Positions 46,418 through 64,000 of a stretch of DNA of 64,000 bases are shown piece after piece. The translations under genes were made by a program, and so were the position numbers. The notes under the pieces are model-generated. The model saw only the letters and a program-made list of their open reading frames with translations, was not told the origin of the DNA and made no database searches. Origin of the DNA: the human T2T-CHM13v2.0 reference genome, Homo sapiens. Where the stretch lies: the NCBI RefSeq assembly GCF_009914755.1, contig NC_060926.1, one strand, 5' to 3'. How positions within the stretch are numbered: position 1 is the first letter of the stretch; the number at the start of each line of letters is the position of its first letter.

Positions 46418-48174
46418 AACACATATAAAATAGAAACTACTACCTCTTGGAGGAAGGCATTTGTTTTTCATTGCTTTTTAGTTCCAACTAAAATTCTAAT
46501 GTGGACTTTAGGAAGCCTAACAAATACTTTTTGATCACAGTATGTTACATAATAGATCTTAATTTTATTTTCATTTCACAAAGAAAAGCCATAAAACTAC
46601 TTATTTAGAGCTACAAGCATTAGCCTAATTCCTACATTTTAAATAAGACTTACAGGCTGATTTTCATACAAACCAGTTGCTACTACTAAATTATCTTCAT
46701 TTATGTATACCCTACCCCTTTCTACCTCCAATGTTAAGGATGTACCATTTAGAAAAAAACTGGTTAATTCTTTTTTTTTGAATACCTCAAACATACCTCA
46801 TTTATTATATTGTTCAAGAGATAATAGGTCTTATAAAATGACTGGCAAGCTCATATTTTGCTAAATTACACAGATCCAATTATATTTTATACTTTTTTAA
46901 TATTGTTAAACTTTTTAAATAATATTAAACTTGTATTATCTTAATAGGCCAAAACAATAACAATTTTTAAAAATTGTGATTTACCACATATTAGGGTAAA
47001 TATTGGGAGCTGCTTAAATTTAGCTCATGTCATATGTTAGAATCTAGTAATCATCTTATTATATTATAAATCAAAGTTTACCCATTTATTTTACTTATAT
47101 TGCTTAACCTGAAGAAAACACACAAATTATAAAAAATAACTTAGATGACTATATAAACATTGGTAATGTAAACGTTTTATCTTGTTAATTTATTTTCTAT
47201 GAATATTAAAGAAAGTATGCTGATTTTTTGTTACATATATACTTTTTTCACTTCTACTAAACTTTCAGTTGTATCTAGTTTTGATTACTTAAGATCTTAA
47301 AAAAATCCTGTCTTTAGATAGTTCCCTTTTTATATGTATGTATAAGAGAAGATTATGTGATTGTAAATTCAGTGTAGACTTTCCCAATCTGCTGAAGTAA
47401 ATTTTTCTCCTTATCCATTGCTAACTAGCTGTAATCTGCCAGTGGAAGGGATCATTCAGCATATTTTCATACGTGAATCAGCAAACCAATTTATAAGTTT
47501 TATTGAGTAATATTTTATGCTTAAGCCTAATACAACATCAGTCTAGGACGCAAATGAATTGAGATAGATTTAGGGGGACTTTGCTGTCCCTTTCTTTCTT
47601 TGTTTCTTTTTTTCTCTGTGAATTATCCTTTACATGTTAAAGCTGAAGGTTGTTCAAAGTTAGTTTCCAGTTTCTTCATTCTTTCATTTTTCTAGTTGGA
47701 TCTTCAAATTTACATTTTCTTCAGTTTTCAGAAGCCATAGTTCACAGTGATCCTATTGTAGTAGCTTTGAATTCATTTATAAACATTCCTAACTTCATTT
47801 GGTATAAAAAGAATGTAAACTTTGGACTCAGAGAAAACTGCAAGATTAACTCTTTAAAACTACTTTCAGCGTTTGATTGAAATTTTCGATTTTTGTTATA
47901 TTTTTTGGAATAAGCACACTGTGGCCCAGACTTGTTCTTTGATTATTTTCCTGTGTTTATTTATTCATACTAATTATAGATGTTCCATGATTATATTTAT
48001 TTTAAAATATGAAGTATCTGAGGAACTCTTTTACAATTTTTTTTTCCAGTGGATCTTACAAGATCCATGTGGCTATTCAAAGTCACAAACAAGTACATCC
48101 CTACAATAACTCATCTTGATGGCTTATTTTAAATACTTTAAAATGTGCATGTTCACGAGATAAAAAAATATGAA

Positions 48175-48474
48175 TTTCTTTTTTGAATCAGGATCTCGCT
48201 CTGTCACCCAGGCTGGAGGGCAGTGGTGTAATCATGGATCAGTGCAACCTCAACCTCCCAGGCACAAGCGATGCTCCCACCTCAGCCTCCCAAGTGGCTG
48301 CACTACAGGTGTGTGCCACCATGCCCAGCTAATTTTTTTCTGTATTTTTTGTAGAGACAGGGTCTTACTATGTTGCTCAGGCTGGTCTCAAATTTCTGGA
48401 CTCAAGCAATCTTCCTGCCTTGGCCTCCTAAAGTGCTAGGATTACAAGCATGAGCCACCATGCCATGCCCAGCC
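48175..48474 (-). mobile_element. AluJ
   Basis: tgtagagacagggtcttactatgttgctcaggctgg...ctcaagcaatc. Confidence 0.92.
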
Positions 48475-48479
48475 CATTG

Positions 48480-48900
48480 TTTTTTAAAGAAAAGAACAGC
48501 TTTATTGAGATATAATTCATGTCATAAAGTTGAAAATTTTAAATTGTACAATCCAGTGCTTCTTAGTATATTCACAGTGTTGTATATCATTCACTACTGT
48601 TCAATTCTAGAACATTTCCTCACTCCAAAAAGAAACCCTGTATCCATTTCCTACTCTATTTCCCTCAACTCCCAGTCCTGGCAAACAGTAGTCTACTTTC
48701 TGTCTCTTTGGATTTGCGTATTCTGGATGTTTCATTTAAGTGGAATCATACAATACATGGCCTTTTGTTTCTTTCACTCATGGTAATGTTTTCAAGGCTC
48801 ATCTGTGTTGCAGTATATATCAGAATTCCATTACTTTTTATAGCCAAATAATGTTCTATTGTATAGATATACAGTACTGCATTTTATTTATTCATCAGGT
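48480..48900 (-). mobile_element. L1MB-like 3' end
   Basis: acagctttattgagatataattcat...ttctagaacatttcctcactccaaaaagaaaccctgtatcc. Confidence 0.85.
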
Positions 48901-50566
48901 ACTTAGAGTCCATTCTTTTTGAATCACTATCAATCATCAATGATAAAAAGCCTGAAATTATAGTTTGGTATAGAGCAGTCTTTGACGTGTATTTTAGACA
49001 TTAAAAAGGTGTGTGTATGTATATATGTGTATGTTTTAATTTTTGTATGTTTTAATCTTACCTTTCAAAACTCTAAAAAATTCTTAGTTCTAAAACACTG
49101 TGATTTTCCAAAGGTTTTGGATGAGGGATTTTTTATAATAACTTGAAATTAAGAAGGAAGAGGATTTGGTCATCTCTAGAGGAAAATTTTTAGCATATTC
49201 ATTTTTTCTAGGTAAACATTCACTAGACCCTTTCTTTCTTCTCTTTATATCTCTAAATATAAGGCATCTCATTGACAACAATTTTAATTCTCTATCTTTC
49301 TTCCCTCATCTAATTGGTCAGGATGCCCAGTGTGTTTTACCTTATTAATAGTTCCTATTTGTTCGTTCTTTTCTGTTCTCACCACCAGAAACTGAGTTCA
49401 TCTTTATTCTACATGATAACAGTGGCTTACTTTACCTGTGTCAGAGAACTTATCAATCTTTGTACTCGTCTCCTTCCAGCCACCAGCCAGTAAGCTCTTT
49501 GAAAGCAGGAACTGCCGTTTTTCTCTTGGCTTTCTTCCATAGTGGCTGGCAAAGAGTTGTACTCATCTCTTAGCTGAAAAAATAATGATGAACAAGTGGT
49601 ATGAATAATATTATCACTTAATTTTTTCCCTATTCTTTAGTATAGTGTTCCTCAATGTTTCTTAGGAGGTAAACCTTAAGATTTTCAAAAAAGGATGTTA
49701 TTATTTTTTAGCTACAAAAATTTGAGAAACTATATTGTCAAGAATTATATCATTAAATTTATTTTAAATATAAGCTAATATGCATAATAAAGACATTAAA
49801 ACATTCTCACTTTTAGTAAATGATCTGCTTTTATTTTACTTTAAATTATGTATGGGGCAGGGAGCAGGGAATAGGAGGACTTAACAACAGTAACTATAAA
49901 AGTCAGATGATACTTAAACAGTATTTGACTTTGAGGCCAAACTAGTATTTAGGTGGATATTGAAAAGTAAATTTAAGTTGCCGCATCAAAAGTACATGCA
50001 AAACTGTGTTTATGATGTTACATTTTAGAGTTTTTTATATTTTATTCTTTCTAAATTAACTGATTTTAATTTCTAAACCAGAAAATTTTGGATTTGATCA
50101 TCACCAAATTTCTTTTAACACAGACTTTTAACGTATTTGAGACTTACCCCTTTTAACTACATAAATACAACTTTTTGAGGCAAATTTATAGACATCAAAG
50201 AATGTTTATGCTTCTCATTAATTATATGTCACCAACTGTTTTTTTTTTATTCTGTCTTTAGCCAGAAATCTGTGAGTCAGTAAATTTTAAAATGTCAGAC
50301 TGAGAATTAAATAATTTAAACCTGTATATTAACAAAAAATACCATGATGTCTAGAGGTCATCCAAGTGATCAACTGACTGAGTGGCTAAGATGTGAACAT
50401 GCTTCTTAGGCCTCTAGGATATTCATTCATTTGCCTCAGGTGCTTTCAAATCATTCCATTTTAAAGGGAAGAAATATTTAAATAACTATGCATTTACTCA
50501 TTTTTAAAATTATAAGTTAAACAGATGTTATTACTGCCTTTAACATTAACTCTGTGACCTTCTAGG

Positions 50567-50885
50567 TGAGAGGCCAACAAATTTTTTCTGCAAGAGGCCA
50601 GACGGTAATATTTTAGGACTTGAGACCCAGGTCTTTGTGGAGCTACTCAACTTTGCTTTTGTAGTGTGAAAGCAGCCATAGGCAGTACATAAATAAGCAT
50701 GGCTGTGTTTCAACTGTATTTATAGACACTGAAATTTGAATTTTATGTAACTTTTTGCTGTCAAATATCTTTCCTCTTTTAGCATGTTTTGAACCATTTA
50801 AAAATGTAAAAACAATTCACACAGGCAATATAAAAACAGGTAGCAGATTGGACTTACTCCATGGGCTGAAGTTTGCCAACTTCTG
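50567..50885 (+). mobile_element. MER58B hAT-Charlie MITE
   Basis: ctactcaactttgcttttgtagtgtgaaagcagccatag...gacactgaaatttgaatttt...agtttgccaacttctg. Confidence 0.85.
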
Positions 50886-51887
50886 CACTAAATGGTTCAA
50901 TTCATTGGTTGGAAAAATCTGCTTTTGTAATTCATTCTTAAATTTCCCCAGTATCACATCTATCATACCACCCCAAAGTTCTTGCTAATCTGAGCTTATG
51001 CCTGATAACCAAAAGTGTTCAATTTGTTACCAGTAGCTCCTATATGACCCCTGTTATGTTGCTTCTCTACCCCATGTCACAAGTAGATTATGGAAGTAAA
51101 TAAAAAGAAATTTCAACACTGTCTGCTGTGAAACTTGTCTTCGGTTGTGATTAGGTAATGTGGTATAAAGGAAATAAAACCAGGAGATGTGAAAACCAGG
51201 CTATATTCCTGGTTCTACCACTAATCAAAGTGATCAAGTTTGGTGGGCCTCTAAGGCTCCATTTTCTCACCTGCCCATCCTGACAGATTATTAAGAAGTT
51301 ATAATAGCACATATGAAATTACTGGTAAGGTAACCTTAGCATTGCTATTTACCTTTATTGTCATTGTGGTAGTTAGTAGTTGTACTTTATTATTGCTCTT
51401 AAACTTGACTATGGCAGGGCTCCCTTCATATGTTAATATATCACTTAAAACTAGATATAGGTTAAGGATTGCACATTAATTTCCTCTAAGCATTTTGTGT
51501 TTCTTACTCTCACATTTTAAGCTACTCTAATCTCCTCGCTGTGGTACTTGTACCAGGTTCATTACTAACAGTAGTGTGAAATTTTATATTCTACATATTC
51601 TTTCTTACCACTACTCTGTGAGGGCAAAGACTGTCTGTTTTGTCCCTGCTACATCGCCAGCCCCCAAAATAGTGTCTGGAATATATTTGAGCACTTCTGA
51701 GTAAATCAGTGACATAAATAATCCCATATGTTCACTTGCCTTGAATTATCAAAAGGAGTAAACAAAGCTCAATAGAAATAAAATGTTTTAATGCATAAAA
51801 TACATAAGATTATGAAAGATATCTACTTTGTTCAGTTTTACTGATATATAATTTATCCACAGACTCCTTGTGGGCCCATGGACCCTG

Positions 51888-52221
51888 TTTTTGTTTGTTT
51901 GTTTGTTTTTGTTTTTGTTTTTGAGTGGGCAGGTTGTGGGCGGGGTTTTTTTTCGAGACAAGGTCTTAGTCTGTCACCCAGGCACCATCATACCTCACTG
52001 CAGCCTGGAACTCCAGGCCTCAGGTGATCCTTCCACCTCAGCCTCCCAAATAGCTAGGAATGCAGGTGTGCAGCACCATGCCCGGCTAATTTTTTTTTTT
52101 TTTTTTTGGTAGAAACAAAGTTTTGCTATATCGCTGATCTCAAACTCCTGGCTTCAAGCGATTTTCCTACCTTAGCCTCCCAAAGTGCCAGAATTACAGG
52201 CATAAGCCACCATGCCCAGCC
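51888..52221 (-). mobile_element. AluJ with a (TTTG)n tail
   Basis: Both arms with small deletions. Confidence 0.9.
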
Positions 52222-53029
52222 AGACCTTGGTTTTTGAAAATATGGAAGAATTTTTAATGAATATCAGGGGACACATTGTCCACAACTATAAATTGCAAAA
52301 CTACTTTGATAGGATATAAAACAAATGCAAGCTTTATTTGGTCTTGTCTTTAAGAAATCCTCCCTCTGCACTTTTAAATTATAACAGAAAAAAACAATGG
52401 ATTTTTAAACTTTTGGTTAAATTTCTTAAGATTACAAGAAGAAAAACAAATTTTGGCAAGCTTATACAAAAAGGGTATTTTCTGGGGAAATACTGGAGTT
52501 TCTAATGCAATTGGAAGGTGGGAAGGGAGGGAACAAAGATAGCTCTGGACAGTAGCTTTCTCCAGAGTGGAGCCAATGATAGAAATGCCCAGTCATGGGT
52601 GCAAATTTGAAAATATTAGAAGAGAAACCTGGCCGATCAAGCTTAGATCACAGATGCATGCCTCAACTGGTCAGCCAGAGCCAGAGAGTAGAAACTGTAG
52701 TAGATCTGTTAACAGTGAGATCCATTATTTGGTATGGGGATGAGCTACGAAACTACCCCAAGAGCTGTCTATAATGTAGTCTTATTAATCTGACTCCAGA
52801 AAGCAGTGCATTTATTTTATATTATTGATGTCTCAAGACAAAAAACTTTTTTTTTCTGTAGATTAGGTTTATTAGCACCAACTTCATGACTTCTAAAATG
52901 TGACTGCTTTCATGTCCAGATAGCTTGAATACAGGTATCTACCGTGATATGGGGTGGATAATTAATAATGCTTGGCTACTTATATAAAGACAGTGTTGCT
53001 TATTTTTCAAAACATTTTTTTAACAATTA

Positions 53030-54270
53030 TATTCTTCCCTTCTCCCCAAGAGGTGGGCAGAAAAGCATTGTTAATCTCCTTTTACAGATGAGGAAAAACA
53101 AGATCAGAGGTGCTAAGTGCTGTAGCCTAGTGCTAGGTCTTCTGTCCCCAATTCTGGGTTCTCCCCAAGCCCGTGTTTCTCCTTTCTCACAATCTTTACT
53201 TCTTCCGCTGACCCTCAGCACCACCCAAAGTACTTTTAGTTCTGGAAAAGAAACCCAGCTGCACACTGGCACACTTGACCTTCATGCAGCCAGAAGCTTT
53301 GGATGGTTCCCCATCCAAAATATTAGAGATGAAATGAAAGCAAAATAGGCATCTGACAAAAGTTGCTTTTTCCCTTCTGCATTTTAGGACCTAAAGTAAT
53401 GTTTATCCAGAAACTGCTGTCATACCATAGATTCATTGTACATTCAACAACATAAGCATACAATCTGGCAAATTAAAAATCTCTTAACCTACACCCCGGA
53501 TCCCTGCCCAAATTTAAGAAAAGAACTAGGGTGGACACAGTGTTTTTTCCATGTCACGTCTTCTGTGATGGGGCTACGGTATGTGGGAGCAGAGAATGGG
53601 GTGGGTGGGTGAAGCGTATGCCAGATGAGGATCTATCAGCAATGGGAGGGATCCTCTGCTTTAGCATCTCCACCCCTGCTCCTCTCAGAGGATGGCCTTT
53701 CATTGCATTCAGCTGTGATGGTAGCAAGAACACAGGCACACCAAAGATGAGGAGAGAGGGAGCCTTGTGCTCTCTCTCTGCATCTGAGGCAGGACAGCAC
53801 AGGGTATGGAGCAGTCTGCAGAGAGGCCAGCTCATCAGCTCTTCATGGAAGCACTTGTCTTCCACCTTGGGCTTTGAGCGCTGGGCAACTGGCCCCTGGG
53901 GATCAATGGAATAATCCTAAGCAGACTTACTCTATGTCACACTATGGAATGTTCCAAGTAGGTGGCCATGTTTTCATAAGATGTCTTTTCCTCCTTTTGT
54001 TGTTGCCATTTCATATGTTTAGGATTGGATGTGTGTTTCTTCTCTCTGAATGGCACTCGAATGTTTGCTGAGTCCTATTCTGTATGACTGGGGCGTACAG
54101 CTGTGGACTGATGCATGCCATCCCATCATCTTTCATGATCAAAGCAGTCTCTTCTTTTTTGACAGCTGAAGAAACATCAAGTCACCCTTAGTCTGCCACT
54201 AATTTATTTCCTTCTTGCTTAAATGATGAGAGACATATAATCTCCACCCTCACGGAGTTGTCATTACCCT
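53030..54270 (+). pseudogene. Candidate retrocopied mRNA 3'UTR fragment (possibly WBP1L-derived)
   Basis: About 1.2 kb island, richer in GC than its flanks, with no LTR, TIR or LINE hallmarks. It resembles a multi-copy sequence I recall as WBP1L 3'UTR / WBP1LP copies. No polyA or TSD seen; unverified. Confidence 0.35.
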
Positions 54271-54497
54271 TCTTTTCAAGGGCCAGTTTCCCTTGCCTCC
54301 ATAACTGTTGTTGGTACTGATGGCCAGGCTTCCAAACCTCTTAAAACTCCCCCGATAAAAAACATTTTACTCCAAATTGCAAGACAGCTTTGTCCATTGA
54401 TGTGTATATAGACAATATAGACAAAATTAAGAATTTTAATATGTGCCAGATCACTCACTAGCGTATTAATACATAATTTAATATCATACAATATAGC

Positions 54498-54925
54498 CAG
54501 TATAGTGTAGTGGCAATATGGCATGGGACTTAAGAGTATAAGCCCTTGACCAGACTTGCATGGCTTAATGTCTTAGCCCTACCACTGGATGAGACCACTG
54601 GATAGGTCTCATCCAGGCTGGGCTCAGCTGGACTTGGTTCTTGGTAGGGGGTAAGTCTAGGTTCATATCACATATCTCTCATCTTCCTTGGATCAACGGA
54701 TACCTGAGACATTTTTTTTTCTCAGTATGAACAGCAGGATTGCAAGGGAACAGACTAATCTGCATAAGCATATTTCAAAGTTCTACTTAGGTAATGTCTG
54801 CTATTATTCAATTAGCTAAGAGAAGTTACATAGCCGAGCCCAAAGTCAAAGCACAGAGAGGTGCACACTTTCTGTGGAGATGTGGTAGTGAAACAGATGG
54901 CAATCTATTCTACCACAGGGGATGA
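54498..54925. mobile_element. MIR 5' part (+, 54498-54586) joined to a partial MLT1H-like LTR (-, about 54605-54917)
   Basis: cagtatagtgtagtgg...cttagccctaccact, then ggctgggctcagctgg...aagttacatagccgagcccaaagtcaa...tctaccaca. Confidence 0.65.
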
Positions 54926-54927
54926 TA

Positions 54928-55945
54928 CAGTCATGCATCGCTTAATGACATGAGTACTTTCTGTATTGTTAGGCAATTTCCTCATTGTGTGAACAGCATA
55001 GAGTGTACCTACAGAAATCTAGATGTTATAGCCTACTGTACACTTACGCTATAGGGTATAGCCTATTGCTCCTAGGTTACAAACCTGTGCAGCATATTAT
55101 TGTACTGAATACTGTAGAGAATTACAACATAATGGTATTTGTATATCTAAACAAAAAAGGTACAATAAAAGTAAGATATGAAAGATAAAAACTGGTACAT
55201 CTGTATAGAAGATTTACCACGAATGGAGCTTGGAGGACTGGAAGTTGCTCTGAGTGAGTCAGTGAGTGAGTAGTGAGTGAATGCGAAGGCCTAGGACATT
55301 ACTGTATACTAATGTAGACTTTATAAATAATGTAGACTTAGGCTACACTAAATTTATTTTAAAAGTTTTTTTCTACAATAACAAATTAACCTTAGTTTAC
55401 TGTAACTTTTACTTTATAAACTTTAAATTGTTTAACTTCTTGATGCTTTTATAATAACACTTGGCTTAAAACACAAAGCACAATCATGTACAGCTGTGCA
55501 AAAATATTTTCTATTTATCCTTATCCTATAAGCTTGTTTCTATTAAATTTTTTTCTTTTTAAACTTTGTTGTTAAAAACTAAGACACAAACACACACATT
55601 AGGCTAGGCTTATGCAGGGTCAGGATCATCAGTATCGCTTTCCTCCACCTCCATATCTTGTCTCACTGGAAGGATCTCAGGGGCAGTAACCCACACGGAG
55701 CTGTCATCTGCTATGTAACAGTGCTTTCTTCTGGAGTACCTCCTGGAGGACCTGCCTGAGGCTGTTTTACAGTTAACTTTTTTTTTTAATAAGTAGAAGG
55801 AGTACACTCTACTATAACAATTAAAACATAGAGTATAGTAAATACTAGGCAATAGGAATTTTTTGACTTCATTATAATCTTATGGGATCATTGTCATATA
55901 TGCAATTGATAGTTGACCAAAACAATATTATACAGCACATGACTA
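54928..55945. mobile_element. Tigger3b (MER7-type) non-autonomous TcMar-Tigger element
   Basis: TA|CAGTCATGCATCGCTTAATGAC ... TTATACAGCACATGACT terminal inverted repeats; ggactggaagttgctctgagtgagtcagtgagtgag; the MIR tail resumes at 55950-56031. Confidence 0.9.
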
Positions 55946-56121
55946 ATAGAGAGTTGTAAGGTTAGTGTATGTAAAAAGCTTAAAATAGTTTCTGGTGCAT
56001 AGAAAATGTCCAATAAACATTTGCTATTATTAGGCATACAGAAACACACAAAAATTCAGTATTGTGTAACTGTAACATAAAATACATATTTGGCAAAGGT
56101 GTCACTAAGTGACACTTTTTC

Positions 56122-56199
56122 CTATCCTAAGCAAAAAGAACAAAAAACTGAGGAAATCACATTACCTAACTTCACATTATCCTACAAAGCTATAGTAAC
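56122..56199 (+). mobile_element. Isolated ~78-bp L1 ORF2 fragment
   Basis: ctatcctaagcaaaaagaac...atcacattacctaacttc...gctatagtaac; no polyA or TSD. Confidence 0.8.
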
Positions 56200-56872
56200 A
56201 TTTAAACAAATAAACATGCTTAAGTTTAATTGAAAAGCTAGTGTGAGCCAACCTCTAGGATAGTCAAATATTATCACAATTATTTACTGTTAGCAGAATC
56301 AGAGAATGGCTAAAGATCACCAGGTTTTATCCACTCATTTGACAGATAATGAATCGAGCCAAAATGGCGAGATATGTAAGTCAAAGAGGAAGAAGTGGAT
56401 GAATGGAGGATGGATAGATGAATAATAAATAGGTAAGTAGTTGATAGAAAAAGGAAAGGAAGGAAACCAACCTAGATCTCTAGAACTCTAGCTGAGAACT
56501 CTTCCCACTGTATCACACAGACCAGGTGTTTTTTCCTGTAGTTTATATAAATACTGTTTATCATATTTTTCTATCCTTCTGCCTTTCAATGAGCCTTAAA
56601 AGAAGAGATAATTTTAATAATAATATTTTTAAAAGTTCAACTATTGCTTCAATTGAGAGATGACTGTAGGACAAGATTTACTTAAAATGTAAAAATAACA
56701 CAAAGCTAATCCTTACAGAGGCCTTCATTTGTCCACTTAGCTAATATTTATTCAGTTATTATTATCTGTTAGGCACTGGACTACAGAGCAAAAACAAAAC
56801 AAATCTTTGTTCTTGTGAACATGCATTATGTGGAAGAGACAAGAAATTAACAAATTAATAAGTAGTATGTTC

Positions 56873-57000
56873 CACAGTCCCTTATCTGCAATTCTAATAT
56901 CAAAAAGCTTGGGAAACTGGAAATTTTGACATTTCAAATAGTGGTAAAAGCTGAATCAGATTCATTTAGTAGTAAAGCTGATATGAGACTAGTCATAGTC
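56873..57000 (+). mobile_element. MER46C-like Tigger fragment
   Basis: agtcccttatctgcaattctaatatcaaaaagct...gattcatttagtagtaaagctga. Confidence 0.55.

Positions 57001-64000
<7,000 letters not shown>

Noticed and set aside
52968-54071. ORFs of 65-127 aa in the GC-richer island
   Set aside because: Mostly non-ATG starts, overlapping on both strands, no recognisable protein.

Overview
This is AT-rich, repeat-dense human intronic DNA with no host protein-coding exon. The main feature is a full-length LINE-1 on the + strand (25165-31204) of the human-specific L1HS pre-Ta class (ACG/G diagnostics). It has intact ORF1, ORF2 and antisense ORF0 and a 16-bp TSD with one mismatch, and it sits in the inter-ORF region of an ancient L1M. 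About 10 kb upstream is one convincing spliced exon (15130-15223, 94 nt, stops in all three frames, four ATGs). From memory, not looked up, its size and spacing to a full-length L1HS fit non-coding exon 2 of MBD5 (2q23.1). The rest is a stack of old elements: about 20 Alu/FLAM/FAM copies including a trimeric Alu, L1MA/L1M/L1PA3/HAL1 fragments, ERV1 and MaLR solo LTRs, Tigger/MER58/MER5 fossils, MIR and L2. There is also a candidate retrocopied 3'UTR and several short templated hairpins. Subfamily calls come from recalled consensus sequences and boundaries are approximate. I found no evidence of a wholly new biological system. The best leads concern how the intact sense-oriented L1, which has a mutated polyA signal and intact promoters and splice donors, interacts with the host 5'UTR.
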